Shown: in pieces, positions 16,046-27,989 of the stretch | Position numbering within the stretch: position 1 is the stretch's first letter | Layout: the number at the start of each line of letters is the position of its first letter | From: the human T2T-CHM13v2.0 reference genome, Homo sapiens | Assembly: GCF_009914755.1 (NCBI RefSeq) | Contig: NC_060935.1 | Direction: 5' to 3' (one strand) | Length of the DNA: 64,000 nucleotides | Notes under the pieces: model-generated | Told to the model about the DNA's origin: nothing | Seen by the model: the letters and a program-made list of their open reading frames with translations, nothing else | The model's database searches: none | Made by a program: the position numbers and the translations under genes

Positions 16046-16330
16046 TTCAGTCTGGGTTTTTTTTTTTTTGTACCTGTTCTTCAGAAGGTTTACCAGGAAT
16101 TCTAAGTATACTAACTGTTTTATTTCCTGATCCTCTAACCACTGTAGCCATCTCTGCACTAAAGGATGCTCTAAGCCAAGATGTACTGTATCATGAAGAC
16201 TTACTTGATGATTGACACGGATTTTTGGCTGAGATGGACTTGGAGAAAACCCAAGAATGGTACTGTGGCTGTGTGGAAATGCTCTGCTGTGGGAAGGAGC
16301 CCCAGCAGGTCCCTGAAAAATTAACGTAGT
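16046..16330 (-). mobile_element. Continuation of the old L1M 5' region
   Basis: CAGTCTGGG..TTTGTACC..GAAGG..CCAGG follows the GAATTAGGTA.. segment at ~9470 in the L1M 5' consensus as I recall it. Confidence 0.65.
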
Positions 16331-16925
16331 TCCCTAACTACAAGAGGGGATAGAGCTTAGATTGGGCCCCTTGGGATCTACTGTCAAATGGAGGCTGGCA
16401 TCTTTGTAAATCGATGTAAGTCATTATAGTACACACACTTAATATGCATTCAAAGAAATGTTTATTAAAAATAAATATTAATAAACTGCAGACATGTTTA
16501 TGCTCCCCACATATTATATTCATATCATGGTTTCTTTATTTTCTATAGAAAAACATTTTATATTCTAAAAATGCGTACATACAGAGCCCGCCCCATTTAT
16601 ATTCCTTGTATCATTCTTTTTTTTTCCTCTCCTCTTTATAAACAAAACTTTGCTGTAATTCCTTGACTATGTAATGTTTTAGACATAATATTCCCTATTC
16701 CTGGAATATACTGCTCAACTGTTCTCCATCTGGCAAAGGTATGATTATACCTCAAAGACCAGTGAACACATTACTCCATACATCACCAATACCAAGCAAA
16801 AATAAAACAAAACCAAAAACAGCAACAAACAAACAGTTTCAGGGCATAATTACATCATAGCCTTATTTTTACAGCTACATAATTTGCACACAGTTATGCA
16901 AAAGTATATTTGACAATAAATTAAG

Positions 16926-17221
16926 TTTTTTGAGAGGGGATCTTTCTCTGTCACCTAGGCTGGAATGCAGAAGTGCAACCATAGCTCACTGCACCCTTGA
17001 ACTTTGGGGCTCAAGCAAGCTTCCTGCCTCATGCTCCTGAGTAGCTGGGACTACAGGAACATGCCACCACACCTAGTTAACATTAAAAAATTGTGTTTTG
17101 TTTTGTTTTTTTACATCTTGCTATGTTGCCCATGCTGGTCTCAATTCCTTCCCTGAAATTATCCTCCTGCTTCAGGTTCCTGAGTAGCTGAGATTACAGG
17201 AATATGTCCTCTCCCCTGGGT
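16926..17221 (-). mobile_element. AluJ SINE
   Basis: Diverged dimer with J-type ATAGCTCACTGCA..GGCTCAAGC and GCTATGTTGCCC. Confidence 0.9.
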
Positions 17222-17289
17222 TGAGTTAATTTCTTACATGGATGACTTGTCCCCTTCAGTGATTGGTGAGACACATTATATATAACTAA

Positions 17290-17610
17290 AAGCATAAACA
17301 TTTTGTGGTTAAGGCAGGCTTGTTTGAAATATGTATCAGCCAATGGCAGGTTAAATACCTTAGATAATTTAATCAACATTTTTGCATCTTCTTTCCACAT
17401 CTTTAAAATAATAATATTATATTCACGAAGTTAATGTAAAGATTAAACAGAGATACATGCAAAATGCAGAGTTCAATGCTTGAGTTTTCAATAAATGCTA
17501 GTTGTCAGATGATTCCCTTTTCAAGAGTAAGAGTTTTTTTTTTATTAATTTTCATGTCCTTGACACAGCCCTTGGCACATAGCGGGTACACAATAAATGC
17601 TGAATAATAA
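17290..17610 (+). mobile_element. MIR followed by an L2/MIR 3' end
   Basis: TTCCACATCTTTAAAAT..GATTAAA..CAATAAATGCTAG; TGGCACATAG..CAATAAATG. Confidence 0.6.
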
Positions 17611-19744
17611 ATGGTATGATATTATTCTGTCTCAATGTCCTCCTATTACTAGATGCTGGACAGCGAAGACACCTGGATGTTTGCTATTTGAACTCCTTTA
17701 ACCCATTTGATTTTATGTTATGCTGAGTTGAGTTTCATGACATCTCATACTGCGAATGATGCAAGGTTTATGCCAAGATATACAATGTCAAAACACTGTT
17801 GCTCTTTTCAATTCCAATATTACACTAGCTTTTCTGACCTGAATTTAAAACAAGTCTCAGAAGAGAAAATATCCAAAAAGCTAAGATATTCTCAATCCTT
17901 CTGCAAATAGGTTTTGTATTTTTCACTACCTATGATGAAGCAAAGTGCAAATCTTCAGAAAATTACTTACACTTTTTCAACACCCTGGGAAAACATTTGT
18001 GTGGTACTTACATCATAGAATGGAAAGGAAGTTACATAAACCGGTCATTCCATTTCACCAGTGTGTGTATGCCTTGGAAAGCAGACTTGGTACCACAAGA
18101 GTTTTGTAAATTAAAATGATAAATAAGAAGCAAATGCAAAAAATAGAATAAACCCAACAAGTTGTTATCCTGAGCATAAAGTATACCAACATTTCATTTA
18201 CTTACCTCCGTTTTGAACCCTCGCTTTCTTCCTATCTTGGAAATGTTATTGTTGGACACCTGTTTATTCTTCTTTTCATTCAAGTTGTTCTAACACAGGG
18301 AATTTTCTTGGGTTTAAGAGAAAATACAATGTAGCAATTCAGTTGCCTAAAGGCAATGGTAAAACAGAAACATTGTTTTACCAGTTGTTTTTAAGTAATA
18401 TTTCAAATTCTGAGATATAATATATGTGTGTGTGTTCTCACTATATGTCCTAAAAGATATTTCTCTTTCTATATTTTCTAGCTCTTTTATGTTTAACTTT
18501 TTATATTTATATATTCAATAGGAATTTGTTTTGTCATAATAAAATATAATAAAAATAATAATAGAATATTTGTTAGCTAGTATTCTCAGTGGTCAAGGCT
18601 GGTTTTATGTTCACATACTATTATATTTATCTTATTTTTATATCATTTATGTTAAGTAACCTTGATATCAAAATATTCTTGTGTATTTTTATTGTGTACA
18701 AAAATCATTAAATAATCAGTCTTGGACCTTTCTGAAATGGGAGAGGAAATCCAAGTTATAAAAACAAAAACAAAATAAATCTAATGTTAATTGCTTTAAT
18801 ATTAATAAAATGTAATGCATGCTGTGCACATACTGGCAGACAGAGCTCTTTTAAACTCAGTGAACATGTAATCTTGGGTCCTTTCTGAAGCAAATACTAT
18901 TACTATCCTGATTTATAGGTTTAAAAATAGTAATTATATTGACGCAAAAATTTACACAGGCAGACACAGAAAATGTAAGATCCAACACCAGGCGGGCTGA
19001 CACTAGTGGCTATGCTATCAATTACTACACTATATTTTCCCATAAATAAAAAAATAAGAGAGAGGAAGAAAGAGGAGGAGGATGAAGTGGAAGGGAAGAG
19101 GGACAGGAGAAGGAAATGGCTGGGGTAGAGAAAAAAGAAAAGAAAAATAAACTCAATGAATTTATAAATCAAAAACATATCTTCCTTTTTTTTTCTTCCT
19201 TGCAAAGACCTAAAAAGACAAACACTAGAAGTAGTTAGCATTAAAAATGAAAGCATGTTTTCAGACAAGTTTGGTCAAAAGCAAAGAGAAGCAATTTCCA
19301 AAACAGACAAGAATGTAAGTTATTAGTGGTCTGATTTACAAAATGTTGCTAAAGCATGTATAACGATTAAGGTGATATTAGATTAAATTCTTCCCCTAAA
19401 TATCACAATAGATATTTCAATATAGTGAACTTTTGATCAAGATGAATATTTTAGTGCATCAGCATCAAATGAAAAGAGATTTTTAAAGTTGCTAATTGTA
19501 CAATATCACAGAAGTATTTCTCAAACATGTTTCTACTTTAAAACAATAATATTCACAACTACAAGTTATGAGCTGTTTCATAGAAAAGTCAGTAATTAAT
19601 GTAAAATATTCTGAGGAGGCAACAGGAACAGGACAATATAGAAATATCCAATAATATAGAAATCCAATAATATATTAAATAATATATAAATATATCCAAG
19701 AATACATATTATATATTATTGTACAAATATCCAATAATATATAA

Positions 19745-20051
19745 CATTTGCTTTGCTTAATGACAGAGATATGTTCTGTGAAATGAGCTAGACGATTTCA
19801 TTGTGAGTACACAGTAGTACTTACAAAAACCTAGATGGTATAGTCTACAATACAAATCTAGGCTATATGGTGTATGTAGTCCAATGCTCCTAAAAACTTG
19901 TACAACATATTACTGTACTGAATAATGTAGGCAGTTGTAACTGAATGGTTATGATATATTTAGGCATTAAGAATTTTTCAGCTCCATTGTAATGTTACGA
20001 GACCACTGTTGTGTAAGAAGACCAAAATGTGATAATGTGAGACATGACTGT
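19745..20051 (+). mobile_element. Tigger3a (MER7-type) non-autonomous DNA transposon
   Basis: GCTTAATGACAG..ACCTAGATGGTATAG..TTACTGTACTGAATA..CATGACTG-TA. Confidence 0.85.
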
Positions 20052-20750
20052 AAATTAATCATTTTATGAATCCATCAAAATAATAATTGTGTGAAAATAT
20101 TATTGGTATGTAAAAATGCTCACAAAAGGGAGGAAGTATGTTATAAATTGGTACATATAGAAAAATTCCAATTTAGTAAAATTAAATAAATGTATACATA
20201 GAAACTTCATATTTGAAAATGTATAGAAATCATAGACATGCTGATAATATTTGTTTAGTTTCTATTGGAATTGGTTATTTTACTTTTGTTCCGGAAAGAA
20301 TAGTTACCATTTTGAAATAAAACTTTAAAAAAGTCTATGTCATGTTAGGCCTAAAAGTGGAAGATAATATAAAAACCGGGAAAATAAAATGTAGCAATTC
20401 ATGTCAGGCAGGGCTGGCGTTAAAAATGCTTGTCACTAATTGGCAGTTAGGCCAACATTTATTTTACTATCTGAACCTCAATTATTTTAAATACAAAATG
20501 GACCTAAATTTTCAAATGGCACCTACCAAATCTACCTGTTCTTTCACTTTCTCCCTTTTGTTAACGTGGCAAATTAATTATTTCTGTGGTTGTTGTTAAA
20601 AAGCAATGAGTCCTTAGAAACACTGCCAGATATTCAACAGTCACAATTAGCATGGTGTATAACATGTTGTATCGCTTGTTTGAGAGAAAGTGATACAGGT
20701 ACTGTGTTTCATAAATTCCAAAAGAGATAGCTTTTAAGGTTGCCTATGTT

Positions 20751-22450
20751 TTTTAAAATATAAATTTAAGGAGTACAAGTACAGTTTTGTTATGGATATA
20801 TTACGTAGTGATGAAGCCTGGGCTTTTAGTGTAACCATCACCCAAACAATGTACCTATTAAGTCATTTGTCATACCTCACCTCCCTCCCACCCTACCCTC
20901 TTTCTGAGTCTCCAGGATCTATTACTACACACTCTATGTCCATGGGCACACATTATGTAGCTTCTACTTATAAGTGAGAGCATGAGGTATTAACTTTATT
21001 TCTGAGTGTTTTTGTTAAAGATAACTGTATCCAGTTCTATCCATGTTGCTACAGATCATAACATTTTATTCTTTTTTTTAAATGGCTGAATACTATTACG
21101 TTTTGTGTGTGTGTGTATATAGTGTATATATATATATATAAAATGTATATATATATTCTGTATGCATACATATATAGCTCTTTTGTAAAAGAGCTGTACA
21201 TATGTATAAATATAAAAGAGCAGTATATATGTATATACAGCTTTTACTAAAATAGCTGTGTATGTGTATATGTATCTATATATACATATACACATATATA
21301 CATATATACATATATGGCTTCTTTGGTTTTTGTATATTACCTTTTACAATGCATTGATTTATGTTTGCTTGTTTACCTGTTGAAGTTTTCAGCTCTTTTT
21401 TTAAGTAAAAGAGCTATATACATATATAGCTATATATATTTATATGTAAAAGAGCTATATATGTATATATGTGTATATGTAGCTCTTTTATAGTATGTCT
21501 ATGTATACATCTGTATACATGTATACGTATGTATACATGTGTACATCTGTATATATGTATATGTATGTATATGTATGTATATATGTATATATATGTATAT
21601 GTATGTATATATATGTATATATATGTATACGTATGTATATGTATGTATACATATATACATACGTATGTCTATGTGTATATATATATAGTATGTCTATGTA
21701 TATGTCTATGTATATAGATGCATACATACATCTATACATAGATACATAGATACAGGTATACATATGTATACATCTATACACAGACATACTATAAAAGACC
21801 TATCTATACATACATATGTATACATACATACATATATATGTATGCACGTATGTGTGTGTGTGTATATATATAGCTCTTTTATTAAAAATGAGCTGAAAAC
21901 TTCAATAGGTAAACAGGCAAACATAAATCAGTGCATTATAAAAGAAAATATATGAAAAACAAGAAAATGAAAGCACTTCCAGCATCACCAATAATCAAGA
22001 AAATGTCAATCAAATCCCTAGGATAGTTTTTTTTTAATAAGATAGTCAAAGCTATTCTTTTTTACACAGTCTTATTCGCTTTTAGAAATAATATGGATTG
22101 GGACATGGGTGCTGTTATATCCTATTGATGAAAATATAAATGGTTAAAAACTTTGGGATAATAATATAACAAAATATCTGTAACTTGAGAAATGTATGGA
22201 TATGTGAAGTGTATATGAAATGTATATAGAAATGTGATATATATATTACATTTTCTTTATTCAATCATTCATTGATGTATACTTAGAGTGATCCCATATC
22301 GTCGCTATTGTGAATAATGCTGTGATAAACATATGAGTGAAGATCTCTTTTTACATAATGTATTTTCCTTTGGGTAGATACAGATCATATGCTTTTCCAT
22401 TTGTATATCTTTTAAAAATGTCTATTTGTGCTCTTTGCCCACTTTTAAAA
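20751..22450 (-). mobile_element. L1PB4-like 3' end interrupted by a ~1.1-kb complex insertion (21110-22240)
   Basis: GTACAAGTACAGTTTTGTTA..GGGCTTTTAGTGTAACCATCACCC; L1 sequence stops after ATGGCTGAATACTATT and resumes at ACATTTTCTTTATTCAATC. Confidence 0.85.
21105..21970. repeat. TA/TATG low-complexity tract with a ~100-bp inverted repeat (arms ~21318-21420 and ~21866-21968)
   Basis: GATTTATGTTTGCTTGTTTACCTGTTGAAGTTTTCAGCTC vs GAGCTGAAAACTTCAATAGGTAAACAGGCAAACATAAATC. Confidence 0.95.
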
Positions 22451-23156
22451 TTCTCTTACATTTCCCAGCATCATTTATTTTCAAAATAACCTCACTTTGT
22501 AAAACATGTCATTGTATAATAGACTCTCACTTTGAAATCTATGCAATTTCTGAAATTATATATATGAGAATATATATGTGTGTGTGTATACTTAAATGTA
22601 CATATGTGTGTTATTTTCATATATACACATACACACATTTATTTATTTATTTCAGTTTTAACAGACTTGGCTTATATCATGTGTATCTCCGAATACATCA
22701 GAATATCTCAACTAAAATGTTCACACAAAACTTTATGAATGATTGCTTAGACAACAGATTTCTTTCCAAGATTTTTTTGACAAGAGAAATGCATTTAAAT
22801 TAAGACATTTAAATTTCAATGATTATAGCCAACCATATATGGTTGTGTATACATAAAATGTGTGTATTCATTGTTACAGAAGAAAGCTTAGTCCAAAAAT
22901 GTTTAAACTCTCTCTATAAATTTGATTCAATTACAGTATAATAATATTCACGTGTAGCCTCTTTAAGTAAAAAATATTGAAAATAGAACCTAATTTTCAT
23001 CCAGCATTCAATTCTTCTGGAATTTTAATGTTTGACTTTTATTTCATCAATGAATTATTGATTTCCTGATATTGACTCGCTAAGTTCTTGGGCTTTCTGT
23101 AATTCTATTGAAGGTAATGTTTTATAGTCCACACTAGATATTGCTTACCCAAATAT

Positions 23157-23497
23157 AGTCATGCCATGCGTAACAATGTTTTGGTCAGTCATGGACTGCA
23201 TATACATCAGTGGTCAAATAAGATTATAATACCATATTTTTACTGTACCTTTTCTGTATTTAGATATATTTAGATACACTAATACAATTGTGTTATAATT
23301 GTATACAATAGTAAGTACAGTAATATGCTGCACAGATTTGTAGCCTAAGAGTAATAGGCTATACCGTATAACCTGCATTTTTAGTAAGCTCTACCATCTA
23401 AGTTGGTTTGCACAACCAATGACATTTGCATAACCATAAAATTGCCTAATGATGCATTTCCCAGAATATATCTCAATTGTTAAGAAACGTGTGACTG
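23157..23497 (-). mobile_element. Tigger3a DNA transposon
   Basis: TAGTCATG...GTGACTG-TA termini; internal TTTGTAGCCTAAGAGTAATAGGCTATACC. Confidence 0.88.
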
Positions 23498-24859
23498 TAT
23501 TTATATTGCTCTACAGGAAAACTGAGTCATTCAATTTTCAATCTCTGTTTATATAGAGAGAGACTGATAGATATAGAGACAAAGATAGATAATAAGGGGC
23601 TAAAAAAATTGAAAATAATATGCTTTCTTAAAGGATTTAATTTGTATGGTTTTATAATAATTCTTACAAGAGTATGCCCACTCACACTTGCAGGCTGGAT
23701 TACTCAGCCTATGCATATGGGTTTTAAACTCTAGTTAGCTCTATCTGTAAGGTACCAGGAAAGGAATCTATCTACACGTATGTCACCTCCATTTCCTGGA
23801 AAATACTTGCTTCCTATTATATAGCTCCAGAAGAAAGAAGAGACCATTAATGTGTTTCTTTTTCTCTGAGATGATCATATGCCCACTGCCATGATTTTCT
23901 CCTCTGGCAATTTTGAAATTACTGAATGAAAACTAGTAAATATATATATATAAAATTTAAAAAATAAACTAGCTTCAATAAAATTCTGAAAATTTCTCTT
24001 TAAAGATGACACACCTTAATGACTCTTAGCTTTTTTATATAACTCAACTTCTCCAGTACTTAGGAAAATCAACAATCTGATCTTAATTTCTGATCTACCA
24101 CCCTTCTCACTGTGAAGCGTGAATTCGGCATGCTTAATTCTGAATCTCCTAGGGTGTGATATTGGCTTCTGTTCTTTACCTGTCTCTCCTGGATTTTTCA
24201 AGTCACAGAGTCTTACAGTTTTCTTTCTTCTCAATTTTCATCTCTCACTGATCCCAGACTCACATAATTAATTCCGTGACTTCTGATATGGCTTCTGTCC
24301 TCTATCACAAGTTGTTTCTGTAACAAATAGTATACGGCTGCTAAGCTGATGTTAAACATGCTTCTCATTCTTGATCCTTTTTAGCTGTTTAGAGAAGAGT
24401 TTAAATACTCTCTGATTCGGTGAAGAATATTGACTAGTTAGTCTCTGCTACCTTAGATGTGTATCTAGAATGAATCAATCTAAATACTTAGGTTCTGACA
24501 GTCTATAGATTCTGATAGTCATAGAGTTTGTGCAGAATTATGGTAAATCATATATTTTCTAAGTTTCTCATTTGTGACATTGTCACACTCTCTGTTTTGT
24601 ACGAGCATGAATACTTTCCCTGTATATAGTTTATGGTCTTTCATTGCAGGATACTTATACCTCATACAGTGAAATTCCTCCAATTATTTTAACACTTAAA
24701 TAAACACATGTACACATACATATGAACACACATGTCTGTAATGGAGCAAGCTCGCCTCTCCTATTCGCCAGTCTTATAAAAAATAGATACGCATGAAGGA
24801 AGGAAATAAGTTAATAATTCTAAATCATAGTAGACTAAAAATGGGCAAGTCTTTAGCTA

Positions 24860-25190
24860 TAAACAGAATTAGCTTTCTGCTGTTCTGCCATTTGCAAGTC
24901 TGGTAAGGCAAATTACTTAACCTCTATAAATATCAGTATTTCAATATCTAACAGGAAAAGAGTGATCTCTAACTAAAAAGGATTGTTATTAAGATTAAAT
25001 AACAGTGTATAAGTCACCTTGCAAATCTATTTCAAACTCCACTTGATGCTTCACTCAGAACCTCAGTTTCCTCATCTTTAAAATAGTCATAATTTGCACC
25101 ACATAGATATGTCAAAGAGGAAAAATAAAATAATAGTCCCTGGAAATAGTCCCTGGAAAATTGCAGGTGCTTAATAAAACTTAGCTTACT
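24860..25190 (+). mobile_element. Two MIR fragments
   Basis: GGCAAATTACTTAACCTCT; CCTCAGTTTCCTCATCTTTAAAAT. Confidence 0.6.
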
Positions 25191-26371
25191 CTTCTCATAC
25201 AACAGAAACTTTAACTCAGTTTATATCCAGTAACAGATGGGAAAGTAGACTATAATATGATTGTACAGTTTCTGTCAGTATTGAATGTAATATTTTTATA
25301 TTACAAAAGACTAAATAGAGCTTTTGATTGAAACTTCCTGGTAAAGATGTTATTTTACATTTCTGTAAAGTAGACAACTAGTAGAATTAAATTAAGCCTG
25401 AGTTGCCAACAAAATATCCACATGTAGAATAGCACACAAATGAGTAATTCTCTCCATATGTCTTTTTAAAGTATATTCACAAAATATTTCCTAAGCATAT
25501 TTACGAGAAAAAATAATATCTGGAGAGAGTAACAGTTACAAAATGTCAATTCTGGGTTGTCAAGTTATTCCATAATAAATTGTAGAATGTCCCTAATTTT
25601 ATGACTTTGTATTTCTTCTTGAATGATTCTCTTAAATCTCGGAAATGGGAAATTTCATTAGGTTTAAAGTGATAGAAAACGTTTCTTTCAGTACCATCTT
25701 GCCCCCACAAAAAATCAGTCTGTAAACTTAGAATCAGAATGTTAATGTTAGGAGAAACATTTTAGTTACTCTCATCAACCCTTTAGAGTTCATAAATCTG
25801 AAATTCAGATAGATTTAATATCTCACCCAAAATCATGCAAGTAGAAGATTTTTCATAGTTTTTTAATCATTTATTTTCTCAACTAATAATAACTGGAAAT
25901 TAAAAAATTACAAACACATAAAAAGATATGACAAACACAAAATGCTTTCAATTACTCTAAGACTAATAGAAACTCTTATAAAGAGGGCTGCCTTAATCAA
26001 GTGAAAATTTTACAGAATGTATGTGGACACGAAGCAAGAAATTGCAATTATTTTTGCAAACATTTTTAGCTGTTTAAAATCAATCTAGAACTAAACAGGA
26101 TCTTGGTCAAATAGTGACAATAACATGATGCATTGTGAGGCAATAGAGAAAATGCACACACACACACACACTCCACTATGCATTGGAATATTCTCTTGAA
26201 TGTGGAGGGAATAAATAGTGCACTTGAAAATATTTGTGTAAATCCTATACAGATTTTAATTTGTAATTATGCCATTCATGAATAAGAGCTATAGTGTTTA
26301 CAATACTGTATTGGCTATGTGTGTAAAGTGTGTGTGTCTCCTCTTGACTTTAGAAAGATTTGAAGACTATA

Positions 26372-27244
26372 TAAGGGGTCTTCAAAAAATTAATGAAAAA
26401 GGTTATGAAAATATTACGAAAAAAACTGCATGGATTTCAAAACCTTTTTGAACCAAAACAAACTCATACTAAGTTATATCATGTCTGAAAAATATCTAGT
26501 TTGTGGTTCTAAGAAGGTTAAGACATCAGTTTGAAAACAGCCCCTATCAGAGTAACATACATTCTGCTAAAATTGAAGCAGGAACAAACATCAAATTTAT
26601 GGTGAAGCTTGGGTGAAAGAATGGTGAAATTACTGATGCTTTGAAATGTTCTATTCAAAAAGAAATGATAAATGCTTCATGTGATGGATACCCAAAATTA
26701 AAAATACCTAATTAGGATTAATAAAATAGTGACTTCGTGTGTAAAAACAGGAGAGAAAGGTTTATGGGACAATGCCCCCTTCCACCCCCTGCCACCTAAA
26801 GAAATCAGTAGTTTACAAACAGATAACTCATTTTGAGAAAATGATGCCTGGAAAAGCTTCATCAGAGAGTCCTTCTCCTTGAGGATGATGATTCTGCTCA
26901 TTCCTATCATCAAACAAGAGCAATTTTATGAGAGTTTTAATGATAAAGTGGTAAGCATACACCTTACCATCCTGAATTGGCTCTTGCTGACTTCTTTTTG
27001 TTCCCTAATCTTAAAAAAATCTGTAAAGGGCACCCACTTTTCTTCAGTTAATAATGTAAAGAAGACTGCAGGACATGGTTGAATTCCCAGGACTTTTAGC
27101 TCTTTATCAGTTAAATAAATGGCTGTTGTCATCGTTTGCAAAAGTGTATTGATCTTGAAGGACCTTATGTTGAGAAATAGTTTGTATTTTTTTTACTTTT
27201 ATCTTTTAGTTCCATTTTTCCATGAACTTTTTAAAGTCCCCTCA
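26372..27244 (+). mobile_element. HSMAR2 mariner transposon, internally deleted, both TIRs present
   Basis: TA-TAAGGGGTCTTCAAAAAATT...CATGAACTTTTTAAAGTCCCCTCA-TA; transposase N-terminal sequence ATCAAATTTATGGTGAAGCTTGGG. Confidence 0.93.
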
Positions 27245-27989
27245 TATGTTTCAAAATCCTGGCTTTGCTTCATTATATACTACACCTGTAAAAGTCCATA
27301 TATGAGCTCCAAAATGCATTCTCTATAGTTGCTTACTATGTTTGTTTTTGCATGTTATTTTCGACTGTATTTCTGCTCCATTAGTGTTTTACATACCTAT
27401 TCCATTTCAAACTGCTTCCTGTATCTCCTATTATTACTTCTTAGGCAGCAACCATATTTCCACTTCATTTCTTCCCAAGAAAAGTTAACTCTGATATGTA
27501 AACAGAAAAAAAGATTAAATAGATACTGGGTTGTTTTGAAAATGTGTTAGATGGCTTGACAATTAGGCTCAAACTACAGTTCACAACTAGCCTAGAGAGG
27601 AAACAGCTGCTCCTGCCAGCAGGCTGGAGCTTGGTTCTGTCTCTACTTCTGCTTCAGGATGCGACTTTCCAGTTGTGTTACTATCCTCGCAATAAGGAAA
27701 AGACAGCTTCTAACCCTTTCTTTCTCTTGAATCATCATCCCCAGAGTCAAAGTCTATCATAGGCCTCATAATTTTGCCCTAGCTGTAGGGAAACTGGAAA
27801 GAAGAGAGTAGAGTTTTCAGTGGACCTAAAGAGCGATGGTCTTTGCCCTTCAGTAGGATTCATGTGAAGAGGAACTTCACAAATGTAAACTGGAGCTCAG
27901 TTGTGAGCAACCAAACTGAATCAAAATGTTCACCCTGCATGTTATTATTATTTTCATTTTTTGATGGACTGGATTATACTTTCTCATCA

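Noticed and set aside
21056-21955. Cluster of Y/I/C/M-rich ORFs
   Set aside because: Translations of TA/TATG microsatellite; there are no regular repeat-spacer units, so it is not a CRISPR-like array.
25132-25158. 13-bp tandem duplication AATAGTCCCTGGA (similar short ones near 36681 and 37383)
   Set aside because: Ordinary slippage duplications.
27540-27940. Slightly GC-richer block, possibly an old LTR
   Set aside because: Could not assign a family or termini by eye.
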